Origin: Octopus vulgaris
Lineage: Eukaryota
Length of the DNA stretch: 64,000 bases
Reading direction: 5' to 3'
Assembly (NCBI GenBank): GCA_951406725.2
Contig: OX597823.1
Span: 58,156,001 to 58,220,000, forward strand
The position numbers and the translations under genes are program-made. The notes under the pieces were generated by a model that ran no database searches, was not told the origin of the DNA, and saw nothing but the letters and a program-made list of their open reading frames with translations. Below, piece after piece: positions 24,729 through 38,261 of the stretch; position 1 is the first letter of the stretch; each line of letters begins with the position of its first letter.

Positions 24729-25043
24729 GTATATATATATATAAAGAATGGATATTGTTTGTACTTCAATTAGACATTTCTCCTTTAGTTTGTCTTACCT
24801 CTGCGCCCACCAACAGAGAACTGTTCACGCTAAACAGTCTTCCTTTCTTACCATACTTCTATCGAACGATGTACGCAAAGAATATTCGATGATGAACTAT
24901 CTGAAGTGAACACGAGGGAGCTAAAATAATTAATGGTTTTCAGGACTAGGGTGCCGTTGGTTGGAGTTCTGCTGCAGATTACAGTGGTTTGGGGTGTTGG
25001 CGGTTTTGATTTTATAGTCACTATTTATATACATAATATATAT

Positions 25044-25061
25044 AGGGTTAGGGTTAGGGTT
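25044..25061 (+). repeat. Interstitial telomere-type repeat (AGGGTT)3
   Basis: agggttagggttagggtt inside a (TA)n field. Confidence 0.8.
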
Positions 25062-25510
25062 GTGTATATATATATATATATATATACATATACATACATA
25101 TATATATATACATAAATATATATATTTATATGTGTGTATGCATGTATATATATATATATATATATATATACATGATTGTGTGTAAGTGTGTATTCATTTA
25201 TATATATATATATGTGTATATATATATATACATACACATTCATACATGTATGTGGAGATAGATAGATAGAGAGAGAGAGAAAGGGATGCATATTTGCATG
25301 GATGTATGTATATATGTGTGTATGTGGGCTCTGTATGTATCTATCTCTCTATCTACCTCTTTATTTATCTATATACTAACGTATACACAGAATTATATGC
25401 ATACATATGCATTCGAATGATAATGTTATGGGCGGGAGGAAAGAATTCCCTTCTTGCGCGTGTATATATGTGTATATACATATATACATATATATACATA
25501 TATATATATG

Positions 25511-25571
<61 letters not shown>

Positions 25572-25592
25572 ATTTATGTATACATATAAATA

Positions 25593-25624
<32 letters not shown>

Positions 25625-25668
25625 AACTTATATACATACATACATACATACATACATACATACATACA

Positions 25669-25704
<36 letters not shown>

Positions 25705-26040
25705 TATATGCGTGCATCCGCATGTGTGTTAGAGAATGAATGTGCGTCTGTGTGTACGCACATGTGGTTATGTGAGAATATTTGTTTATTTGTTTGTGAA
25801 TATATCGGTGAGAAAATAATGCTGATGTTGATGGAGTCAGAATAAAGTAATTTAAGGAAATAGTAAAGAAAAGTAAAGAATTGTAAAATCAGGAAAGAAA
25901 TATATCGCTAAAACAAGAAGGATGCCAATAAAAATATAAACGAAAAAGTAAAACTGATGAGACAAACAAAAAGGTAAAGAAATACATTGGCAAGTAAACA
26001 CATAATTAGTTAGTTAGTTAGTCACATGGATAGATAAAGG

Positions 26041-26080
<40 letters not shown>

Positions 26081-26215
26081 GAAAAAGAGAGAGAGACCGA
26101 GTGAGAGAGAGAGAGAGTTAGAAAAGGGGAGAGAGTTAGAGAGAGAGTGTTATGGAGAGAGAGAGAGGGAATCAGAGAGACAGAGACAGACAGACAGACA
26201 GACAGGCAGACTAGC

Positions 26216-26270
<55 letters not shown>

Positions 26271-26715
26271 CAGATAGAGATGTATGCATGTATGTATGTA
26301 TCTATGTATGTATGTATGTATGTATGTAAGAAGCTACGTAGGTAGGTAAGTAGGTAGGAAGTTGGACAGTTAGCGGTATAGATAGATAGACAGAAAGAGA
26401 GAGTGAGTCAGGATGGGGAGAGAGATAATAACCTAATTTAAATTTTGAAATTAAGTGTTAAAAAGGTACGGTATCTAAACATTAGTGTTTTCTGATGTGA
26501 AAATGCATCTATCTGTATATGTTTTATATGTGTACGCTGGTGGTGTTAAATTATGAGTGCAAGCGAGGTTGCTGTCGGGTTTTTAAAAAAAACTGGTGAA
26601 CTTCTTCAAATGTAGCTCAGAATAATGTCTAAATTCTGGTGATATATAGTTTGCTTTTGATCCTTCCGCAGTCGACAAAATAAGTACCAGTTGAGCACTG
26701 GAGTAGATGTAGTTG

Positions 26716-27098
26716 GAGGCGTAATGGCCCAGTGGTTAGGGCAGCGGACTCGCGGTCGTAGGATCGCGGTTTCGATTCCCAGACCGGGCGTTGTGAGTGT
26801 TTATTGAGCGAAAACACCTAAAAAGCTCCACGAGACTCCGGCAGGGATGGTGGTGATCCCTGCTGTACACTTTCACCACAACTTTCTCTCACTCTTACTT
26901 CCTGTTTCTGTTGTACCTGTATTTCAAAGGGCCGGTCTTGTCACTGTCTGTGTCACGCTGAATATCCCCGAGAACTGCGTGAAGGGTACACGTGTCTGTG
27001 GAGTGCTCAGCCACTTACACGTTAATTTCACGAGCAGGCTGTTCCGTTGATCGGATCAACCGGAACCCTCGTCGTCGTAACCGACGGAGTGCTTCCCC
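26716..27098 (+). mobile_element. tRNA-derived SINE (alternative head, tail type 1) inserted into an old family A copy
   Basis: Box A tggcccagtgg, box B gtttcgattccc; 11-bp TSD agatgtagttg at 26705-26715 and 27099-27109; family A halves on either side. Confidence 0.9.
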
Positions 27099-27414
27099 AG
27101 ATGTAGTTGACTTACTACTCCTTCAGCCCGAAATTGTTGGCCTCGTACCAAAATCTGAAACCAATAATATCAATAGTTTCATTTACTTTGAAGAGGGGTC
27201 CCAGATCTTTCTCCTTTTGTGTTATTCATTTTCGCGGGGTTCATTTTTAAAAAGACAAGATTGTACGTGGATGAACGATAGGATGTGTGTGTATGTGTAC
27301 GAGTGCGTGTGTGTGCATGAGAGTGAATGCGTTGGCAACAGAATTAGATGTTTTAGGGAAATGATGGTTTCAAATTTTGTAGAAAACGCCAACAATTTCA
27401 AAGGAGAGAGGGTC

Positions 27415-28640
27415 TGTTATTTACATCGACCCCAGTGCTCAGCTGGTATTTTATTTTATCGATTCGAAACGATGAAAGGCAAAGTTCACCGTAGCAGAAT
27501 TTACTGACAATTGTTTGAAACTTTGGCAAAAAAAAAGCAGCAATTCTGGTGGAGGGTTCTAGTCGAACCTTAAAGAAGGAAAAAGAAGGTCGACTTTGGT
27601 AGAATTTGAACTCAGAACGTAAACCCGGAAGAAATACGACTAAATAATTTTTCCGGTTTCTTGATCATTCTGCTATTCACTGCCTTATTTGTTTGTTTGT
27701 TTGTTGTTTGCTCTTGCTAGATGGGACTGGTGTCATTCGAAGTTGGTGGTCCCAAATGTGTCATGTGTCAGGTCCACCAGTGCCTTCCCCATGATCGCCA
27801 TATTTACAGGAAGAAAATATTGACTTTAAATTTTGGCACAATGCCAGCAATTAAGGTGGGGTGGTATAAGTTGATTACAACGACCCTAGTGCTCAACTGA
27901 TACTTATTTTTTTATCCACCCGTAAGGATGAACTGCAAAGTCGACTTCGGTGGAATTTGTACTCAAACCGTACAGACGGACGAAACGTTGCTAAGCATTG
28001 GAGAGGTAACGATTCTGCCAGCTTGCTGCCTTTTTTTTTTGGGGGGGGGGGGTCAGATTTTGGCACAAAGCCTGTAATTGAGGGAGAGTGTATTAGTTGA
28101 TTACATGGACTCCATTTGTACGTATTTTGTTGACCCTGAGAGGATGAAAATCCATTTCGGTGGAATTTGAACTCAGAATGTAAAACCTGAAGAAATGCCA
28201 CTATGTATTTTTGCGGGATGTCAACGAATCTACCAGTTCATCGCCTTATTTACAGACAGATAATACTGGTTTCAAATTTTGGTACAAGACCACCAAATTG
28301 GGGTGGCAATAAGTCAATTACATCGACCCCAGTACTCAATTTATCGATCCCGAATGGATGAAAGGTAAATTCGACTTTGGTGGAATCTAAACTCAGAACG
28401 TAAAGACGGACGAAATACCTATTTCTTTACTACCCACAAGGGGCTAAACACAGAGAGGTCAAACAAGGATAGCCAAACGGATTAAGTCGATTATATCGAC
28501 CCCAGTGCGTAGCTGGTACTTATTTAATCGACCCCGAAAGGATGAAAGGCAAAGTCGACCTCGGTGGAATTTGAACTCAGAACGTAAAGACGGAAGGAAT
28601 GCCTCTAATCATTTTCACCGGCGTGCTAGCGATTCTGCCC
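27415..28640 (-). mobile_element. Cluster of about six tandemly oriented SINE family A copies
   Basis: Repeated catcgacccc / gatgaaaggcaaagtcgac / gaatttgaactcagaacgta motifs. Confidence 0.8.
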
Positions 28641-28902
28641 GTTTGCCGTCTTATTTACAGATAGAAAATGCTAACGTGTTGGCGGCATCTGCCTTTCCTT
28701 GTCGTCAGATGCCCACAGTTCGGCTGGAATTTGGGATGTATTGTCTACCATGCGGCCTCGTTGCATATTGGGCACAGGGGCGACTGTCGATTAAGTCGAC
28801 CACAGATATTATTTTACAGCCCTTTGAAAGGATTAAAGATAAAGTTATCAACAGTAGGATTTGAAATTACGGTGTAAGTAGCCAGAAAATTTAACGTAAA
28901 TA

Positions 28903-29095
28903 AAGCGGTGATCTGGCAGGCGAAACGCTTAGAGGTATTTCGTCTGCTGTTACGTTCTGAGTTCAAATTCCGCTGAGGTCGACTTTGTCTTTCATCCTTT
29001 CGGGGTCAATAAATTAAGTACCAGTTACGCACTGGGATCGATGTCCTTGTTTGTCCCCTCTATGTTTATCCCCTTGTGGGCAATAAAGAAATAAG
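28903..29095 (+). mobile_element. SINE family A
   Basis: Head, core and long tail with small deletions. Confidence 0.85.
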
Positions 29096-29807
29096 AAAAT
29101 AAGAAAATTTAACGCAAAGCATTTCGGCTGTTGCACTAGCAAAATCTACCAGTTCACTACGTTGGTCGCAACACCAACGAAGAGTATGTATATAGAATAT
29201 TGATAGATGGAAGCAGAGGGGGAATTACGTATAGTAGTAGTAGTAGTAGTAGTAGTAGAGATAACAACTTCGATTAAGTGATAATGACGAAGTGATGCTT
29301 CGGTATTTTGTCACTTCTGTCATAACTTGAAATATCAGAATACTTAAGGTTGGTGGGGTGATACTAGATAATGTGCGTGCGTGCGTGCATTTGTGTGTGT
29401 GTGCATGTGTGTGTGTGTGTTGTAGGAAAAAAGGGGGCGGATGAGAAGACGGGCAGGTAGGCAGGCTTGGGAAGGCGAATTTCGAATGCATCTTTTTTCT
29501 CCTACCCATCCCCCTCCTCAATCGCTCTGTCTCCTTCTCGTGCTCTCTCTCTCCCCATTCTCTCTTTCTCTCCGCTTTCTCCCTTTCTGTTTTTCCTCCT
29601 CTCCCCGTGTTCCCATCTTTGGTAAAAAAAACAAAAACAAACAAACAATACAAGAAATTGAAGGTTATTTTTTGCTATCAATGAACCAATTCCGTACTTT
29701 TGTTTTAATAATCACTGCAGACAACAAATATGAAGTCTGCCCAAACTATAATTTGACACTGAAACTTGACACTGGAATTAAACATTGGCCCTTCTTTGAC
29801 TAGATAG

Positions 29808-29844
<37 letters not shown>

Positions 29845-30171
29845 TGTGTGTGTGTGTATGTGTGTGTGTATAGCATTGGTTTAGTATTTGTGCATGTGTC
29901 GGGCATGAGTGCGTTTGTATGTTTGTCTGTGAGGACGTTTTGTGTGTGAGCCTGTGATGGGGGGAGGGGCATGTCTGTACTACTGTGTATGTGTGTATGT
30001 GTGTGTATCTGTGGGTGTGTAAGTGTTAGAGGTCCATAGCTTATTTACATGCATCCACATACATACGGAAATAAACAACATAGATTCATACGCGCATGCG
30101 GCAAATCATACGCGCGTGCACTCACACAAACACACATGCATATCCATCCTCATTCATTGGGCGTATAAGTC

Positions 30172-30210
<39 letters not shown>

Positions 30211-30833
30211 GGGTTTGTATGATTGTGTGTATATATATATATATGTGTGTATATATATATGTATATGTATATGTGTATGTGTGCGTACATTTGCAAATAT
30301 AAACATAGAAACACAAATATATACAGCTACATACACACACACACACAAAGGCATACACAAAGGACACACACAAACACATACAGAGATATACGCGGGCACA
30401 CACACACACGCATACATATATACACACTTATGCACACGAACACAAAATAAAAAAATCATAGCCCCAAAGAGGGAGAACGAAGAAGTTAAGGTAAATATAT
30501 GAATAGATAATTTTGAGAAACAAGATGAACAAAATATTGGCGGAGGAATCCGGCAGTACTTATAAGGAAGAGGGGAACACAAAATCACTCCCTCACCACC
30601 CAAAGAAAAATATACAGAGAGCTGAGAAATAACCATGAGGAAAGAGAATTGGTAATATAAAGGCGAAAGAGAAAGAATAATTGAAAAAAAACGTAGAATA
30701 ATGAGTCGGGAGGAAATAAATTCAAAATGGTCAAAATAATGAAAATATATCCATAATCGAAACAAATATCAAAGACATCTTTATATGTATATTATATTTA
30801 CATTTATCAGTCTGTTCGTCTATCTTTATATGC

Positions 30834-30881
<48 letters not shown>

Positions 30882-31062
30882 ATTTTATATACATATATAC
30901 AAATGCATATATAGGTGTGTGTTTTCTATAGATAGATGAATGTATATTTTTGTTTATTAATTAAGGGCCCCTTTTGTGATGGTATTTGTGTATACATATA
31001 CGCATATACGCAAACAACACAATACACATATACATGCTCATACATAAATAAACACACATATG

Positions 31063-31131
<69 letters not shown>

Positions 31132-31475
31132 ATGTGTGTATGTGTGTGTGTGTGTGTTTATATATATATATGCATAATAGTGAAACTAAAGCGTTCGGTT
31201 CATTGGCATTTTGTTGAAGATGTCAACGTTTGACAATAGTTATGAATATGTATGGCTGTAAAGAAAACCGAATCATCAAATATCGCCTAAAAGATATACA
31301 AAGGAATAGAGGAGAAAATGAAAAAAATATTAGAAAATAAAGAAAACGTGAAGTCTTTATCAGATTAGAAAAGTGCGGATAGCACTGTTGATAATATAGT
31401 AATATAGATAGTGTTACGAACTTAGAAGGGTGTATTGATTCCATATATATTATATATATATATGTGTGGGGGGTG

Positions 31476-31520
<45 letters not shown>

Positions 31521-31707
31521 ATATTGTTGCATAGCGGATGCTGGCAGTCTCTAGACAGGGGGAAATGGAAGAAATTTAAGAGTGGCCCTTCAATGAAGTC
31601 TGTAAAGCAACGGATCAAAGGGCAAATAACTGATTCAGTGTTGTTATACTGAGAGCTAGATTATTAATTAGGAAGACACTTAACGCCGCCCTTCAGCTTG
31701 GTGCTTC

Positions 31708-31770
<63 letters not shown>

Positions 31771-31897
31771 TTTAGGCACGTACGTTCACACTCACATGCA
31801 TACATAATACATGTGTATATTCCGATATACATATATTCATACGTATATGTATCTACACATAAATACGTGCTTTCATACATATATACATCCTTATATA

Positions 31898-32142
31898 AAT
31901 ATAAATAAATGCGCCCTTTTAAAGCCTAGCCAGGCTCCTGGGCCCGGTTTCCCGGTTTCACTGGCGTAGGTATTCCCCAGTTGGATGGGACGCCAGTCCA
32001 TCGCAGCGTTACTCATTTTTACCAGCTGAGTGAAATGAAGTGTTTTGCTCAAGAACACAACGCGTCGCCCGGTCCAGGAATCGAAGCCACAATCGTACGA
32101 TCATGATGCTGACACTCTAACCACTAAGCCACGCGCCTCCTC
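31898..32142 (-). mobile_element. SINE family C, tail type 3 (V-domain-like gcgatggactggcgtccc)
   Basis: Family C head on the minus strand; 13-bp TSD acatccttatata at 31885-31897 and 32143-32155. Confidence 0.85.
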
Positions 32143-32402
32143 ACATCCTTATATATATACACACATAGTTAGGTACGTGCATACATTCACACTCATGCAT
32201 ACATACATGCATATACACATCCATGCACAATTAGATACATAAATACAAATATATAAACTTACCTACACTGAGTAGTTGTTCGCCTCAAATTGACATATAT
32301 ATATATATATATATACATCTTTAAAATCTTTAAATCTTTAAAAATATTTTAGCCTGAAGGCCGCGGCCATGCTGGGGAAACCACCGCTGAAATATATATA
32401 TG

Positions 32403-32456
<54 letters not shown>

Positions 32457-32622
32457 CGTAAAGTATACTACCCATCTCAATATGGCTAACCACTAGGGGT
32501 GGGTGTAACTGTAGCTTCTTAGCCCCAGGAGATCATCGTCTCCAGCTGGCTTTAGACACAATTTCTGTGCTCTTATGATATTTACAAAGGGAGGTCATCC
32601 CCTCTCAAAAACCTTAACTGAT

Positions 32623-32669
32623 ACGCATGGACTGCAGTTTCGAGATTATTGTCTCTTGTCAACACACGC
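32623..32669 (-). ncRNA. Type I minimal hammerhead ribozyme motif with compensatory U3-A8 core
   Basis: Minus strand: GCGTGTG-TTGACAA-GAGA(CAATAA)TCTC-GAAA-C(TGCA)G-TC-CATGCGT; 7-bp helix I (with G-U pairs), 4-bp helix II, GUC cleavage triplet. Confidence 0.75.
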
Positions 32670-32718
32670 TAAATAAAACATATGCATACATACAAACATA
32701 TATGTACATACCTACATC

Positions 32719-32763
<45 letters not shown>

Positions 32764-33082
32764 CAAAATGGGACAAGAACGCAAACGTCCGGACAACCAG
32801 ATGATACAAAAAGGGACAACAAAACAGCCAGATAGATGATATATTCAAAGCTTTCTATCCTCATTCAAGAACCGGATCATCCTCGTAATTTCGACTGTGT
32901 GTTTTTAACATTGCCTATCCATGAATACATTTTCTATCGGGCAACAATCACAGCATTATGTCTTATAATGGTGTATATAAAATGTGTATGATTGCAAAAT
33001 GTATACATACAAACAAATATACAAACGTACATTGCGAAAATCCTTACTGCGATCCGATCTTATAATTTGCGAGATTTAGATT

Positions 33083-33284
33083 AAAACAGAAATGTAAAAG
33101 GAAACCGGTTGGCAAGACTTGACTTGAAAAGTGCATTTAATTCATATATACATTAAAATGTTATACAAAGATACAATGTAACAAAATGGTATACATAATC
33201 ACTATGTATACCTTTTTATCATATATCTAAATTAAATATCCTTGTTAAGTCTTGCCAACCGGTTAGCCTTTTCATTCCTGTTTT
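33083..33284. repeat. Diverged inverted repeat with a GAAACCGGTT hammerhead half-motif
   Basis: aaaacagaaatgtaaaaggaaaccggttggcaagacttgac versus gttaagtcttgccaaccggttagccttttcattcctgtttt. Confidence 0.7.
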
Positions 33285-34328
33285 ACCTGCTCAAAGAGAA
33301 ACCACTTCAAGCCGCTTCAGAAAGGCAGTCTCACAAGCTCAACTGCAGTTCAAACTGGAATTTTAGTGGCATATAAAATTGGATACTCAACGTGCAAACC
33401 TTTTTGTATGAGTCACCTGACGAAAATTCTTCGTATACTTTATACTGTGAGTTCTATTAAGACTTGTTCCAAAAGCGATTTTCTCTCAGATAATAATCAC
33501 AGCATCATGTCTTCTAAGGGAGTATATACAATTAGCATGACACAAAAATGACGATTGAAATGTAATACTGTTTCGGTTGAATTTACCGACTATTTTTACA
33601 ACTCGGCAAGATTATCGCAATATTAGTGAATGCCATACTCCCTGTTGCCTATAAAGCGATACTCTACTGTTCGTACCTTTCAGGATATTTTTTTACAGCT
33701 CTAAATGACCGAGACCATTTCTTACATCGACTTGTAGATAGGTTATGTGCTTCCGACCAATGAGTTTGAGGAATCGCCTACACCGCTAAGAACTTTATAG
33801 GTGTGAAACCACTGGCCACTCACTGACAGGCCATAAAAAGCAAACCTAAAAATAATTGCTCTCTTTTAGAGTGTGCTTCTTTCGAATTTATAAAATGCTG
33901 TCCAATATATCTAACATACATATATATATACATATATATATATATGTATATTATATATATATATATATATATCATATTGCAGACATTGATTAATATACTC
34001 GCTATACTCGATAAATCTAGAAGTGCATATCATTTTCTCAGACACCTTCTGAGACCACAATATCACTATATGTATGTATGTATGTGTATGTATGTATGTA
34101 TGTATGTATGTATGTATGTATGTATGTATGTATATATTATATATATATATATATATATGGAGGCATACCAGCGGAAAACTAGAGGAACATAACCTATATA
34201 GTTTTCCGTATAATTATAATGGAACTTAGCTCAATTAGACCACTTTAATTTTAGCCTGTTTTTGAGCATTGTTAAAGTTAATAATCTCTACATAAGATTG
34301 TATCATTTATATGTATATATATATATGT

Positions 34329-34405
<77 letters not shown>

Positions 34406-34406
34406 A

Positions 34407-34725
34407 GGGTAAAGACCCCCTTCGGTCATGAATGACCATGGGATTGCACCTAGAAAGTTACCCTCCTAGACACAAGTCCGGGCACGGTTGTTTATGGAAG
34501 ACCAGCAGTCACCCATGCATACCAGCCTCCCCTCTCCACGCCACCAGTGTTATCCAAGGGAAAGACAAAGGTCGATACAGCTTGGCACCAGTGACGTCGC
34601 AACTCATTTCTACAGCTGAGTGAACTGGAGCAACGTGAAATAAAGTGCATTGCTCAAGAACACAACACGCAGCCCGGTCCGGGATTCGAGCTCACAACCT
34701 CACGATCGTAAGCTCGACGCTCTAA
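34407..34725 (-). mobile_element. SINE family C, tail type 2
   Basis: Family C head and middle on the minus strand joined to the tail seen at 948-1153. Confidence 0.9.
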
Positions 34726-35827
34726 TATATATATACATACATATATATGTATATATACATACATACATATATACATACATACATATAAAACAAGAGAATA
34801 TTTGAAATTTCTTGATACTATTTATTCAGACTATATATTGAATTGTAATAATGCAATAAACAGATGTGCTTCAGTTGGAAACAGGTGGGATTTGCTCTAA
34901 CTATATCATATATTTTTATGTTTGTGTCTGTGTGTGTGAATACACACACACATACACATATATATGTATACACACACACACATATTTATATGTATTTATA
35001 TATTCACATATACATACACACTTGCGCTTGTGTACCTTGCATGTTTGCATTTGTAATCGGAGAAAGAAAGTACTCAATGTATGCATTTAGTAAATGAAAG
35101 GACAATAATATAAAAATTACAAAAAAAACAAAAAAACAATGAGATGAAAAAAGAAAAGAAAAAAATGCGAATGAATGTAAAATGCAACAACTCCTACCTG
35201 TTCGCTAATCGACAGGCATATTGAATCTTCCTAACTTAATGAGAAACCGAAAAAAAATCACTTGAATTCATCCGTATTTTATGACGATAAGAAATGTTGA
35301 ATTAAATGCATTTATCATAAAGTTGTTTAATGAAATCGTTGTAGAGCAGAGCTTATTATTGGTTCCGGAATTCTTATTTTCGCTGTAGTTACACATGTAT
35401 TTGGAATTTAATGGCGCATGATTCTCTGATTGCTGTCGCAACTCGTTGGTTTTTGCTAATACTAGAGGTCTCAAGGTTCATGGCTTTCTGAAGCTTTGTT
35501 TTGGATTTTATAGTTTGATTTTCGAGCGAGAATGTGTTTCAGTGTTTGTGTGCATGTGTGTGCGTGTGCGTGAGAGAGAGAGAGAGAGAGAGAGAGAGCG
35601 TGCGAGCGTATGCGTATATGTATGTGAGAGAGAGAGAGATCAAGGGTGTACGTATGTGTGTGAACGTATGTATGAATGTGTGTGTGTGTACGTATGCCTG
35701 TGTGCGTGAGAATGTCTCTAAATATGTCTTGCATGCATTGTTAGCTAGTCGTGTGCGTGTAGATAATAGATATATACGTATACATACATACATACATGCA
35801 TATACGTATACATAGACACACACAGGG

Positions 35828-35875
<48 letters not shown>

Positions 35876-36124
35876 GTACATGTGAGTGTACGTATGTATT
35901 TAAAATGGTTTGTATGTGAATGTGTAGGTATGTATGCATGTGTGTATGTGGATGTATGTGTATGAACTTAAGTGTTTTACAGTTATGTTTTATGTTCCCT
36001 ATGCGTAAGAACCTTGTGAGAAGCTACATGCCTCATATGTAGGTATGTATATGTTTATACATGTAGTATGTGCGTGTGTACGTATTTATTCGTGTGCGCA
36101 TGAATGCATGTATATATACTTATA

Positions 36125-36166
<42 letters not shown>

Positions 36167-37577
36167 TATATGTAGATATTTAACAAAAGCAATCACTCAT
36201 GGACGCTTACCCTATATGTGTGTGTGTGTTGTGTCCGTGTGTGTGTGTGTATGTTTTTATGTATATGTGATTTTGTTAGTATGTTTGTGCTTTTGTATGT
36301 GTATGTGTTCCTTTGTTCGTTGAGATGGAGAATAGTCAGAAAAAAATAAGAAAAAGAAAAATATCAGAGAGAAAGGAACAACAATATTATGCAATTAAGA
36401 TGACAGTTGGACATGTTTTTTGAAATGTTCTGGAATGGCAGGAATAAATGACTTGACAGTTGGCACTGGAGACCAATATAAAGGGATTTGATTTATGGTT
36501 AGGGTTATGAAGATGATGAAAGGTTTGATATAAAGAGGCACATACAGTTGAATGACAAGGAGACGTATACTTTGTATGGTATACCTATGTGTGCGTGCAT
36601 GTATGTTCATATGTATGTGTGTGTATATATACATATATGCACATAAATATAGATATATTTATATATATATATATGCATATAGATACATATATAATATATG
36701 TCTATAAATATACATAGAAATGTATATAGCTGTATATAGATACATCTCGGAATACACACGCATACATATACATATATATATACATACATATATATATATA
36801 TATTTATACATAGATACATGTGAGTGTGTGAGCGTTTGTTGTTATGTTTTTGCATCTGTCTACGAGCTTTTTGTTCTCTGTAAACATGAATTATTGCTTT
36901 CCTTCTTGAATCCATTTAATTGAAAACCTGCAAAAAAAAAAAAGAAAACACATGTACGTTTTATATACTTAATTGTTGTTGTTTTCTATTAAGTCATTTA
37001 TTGGTAGTATCTTGTTGTGGGAGACAATTTTCAATGCATTCATTCATGAGAAGCTATTTGTTTCTTCAGTTCATGGAATTTTTAGATGTAAATCTTCATG
37101 AAACGCATAAAAACCGAGCATGAAACTCAGCCTCGTTTCGGTTCAAATTTTAACCAATTAGCCAAACCAATTACTCTTACTCGGTTATTCTTAATCACTG
37201 GTGCTTAAAAAGTTCTGTAAATAGTAAATCAATAAAGCTTTGATCCAATAAGAGTGCATCTATTTAGTTGCTTATTATACTAGAAATAGCGGCTGAATAT
37301 GACAGCAAGTCATACCTTGTCATCTAAAACGATAAAGTCCGTTGTATGATGCCGTCTTAAATATAACTTATCTGATTGGAGCCTGGCTGTTTATAACCCG
37401 AGTGTTATAGGATTGTAAAAGCGTGTGACTAAGTGTTTCGGGCGTTCGAATTAAGATCATATGGTCGTGAGCTCGTGTGGTCGTATGTAGTGGTTTCACC
37501 AATTCCAGATTTTCTCAGTATCTTTAAGACTGTACATGAGATTTGACTCTTGCTTATAGCAACCTTTTTCTATGGCA

Positions 37578-37797
37578 AAGCTGAGCAGGCAGAATGGTTA
37601 GCACGCTGGACAAAATGGTCAACGCCATTTCGTCCCTCTTTATCTTCCGCGTTCAATCACAATTTCGCCGAGATCGATTTTGCGTCTCATCATTTCGGGA
37701 TCGATGAAATAAGTAACAGTCAAATACTGGGGTCGATGAAATCGCCTCTCTCACCTCCTCAAATTTCAGGCCTTGTCTTTACAAGAGAAAGGATTAT
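37578..37797 (+). mobile_element. SINE family A, degenerate
   Basis: aatttcgccgagatcgattttgcgtctcatcatttcgggatcgatgaaataagta. Confidence 0.75.
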
Positions 37798-38261
37798 TCA
37801 GTCAGGCTGTCGAGACTTTTCTTTAACATTAGATATTACAATTTTTACTACGCTAACCCGCACATAAATTTAGTTAACCTATAGGCTGAAAGATCTGATT
37901 TGTTAAGTCATATCTATGCATGCATATGTGTGTATGTGTGTGTGTGTATCTGAAGCCACCATGAATCTGTCTCATTTCCTGCTACTTGATCTCCAAGAGC
38001 CTAACTAGCTACGTATTTTCTAAGAATCTACGAAACTTTAAATTGCTTGGAACCACAATTATTACCAGTTGTGCTGAGTGCCACTTTCTCATGTATATAT
38101 TTCTCCACTCACTCATGTATATATGGATTTGGTTGACAGAAACTGAGAAAAGCACGCAGTACAACAGTTCCATATATCTATCTATCTATCTATCTGTTTG
38201 TCTGTCTGTCTGTTTATCTGTCTATTTATCTATCTACCTGTCTGTCTGTTTGTCTGTCTAT

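Noticed and set aside
24799-24900. Possible minus-strand exon (TTCAG acceptor, two GTAAG donors)
   Set aside because: No recognisable peptide and stops in most frames; splice-like words alone are insufficient.
26716-26790. tRNA-like sequences here and at 8056, 42257 and 62863
   Set aside because: Box A/B present but no proper acceptor stem or poly-T terminator, and they continue into repeat bodies; they are SINE heads.
33290-33910. Minus-strand YIGQ suggesting a GIY-YIG endonuclease next to the HHR cluster
   Set aside because: Only four residues match; no continuous frame. A profile search would be needed.
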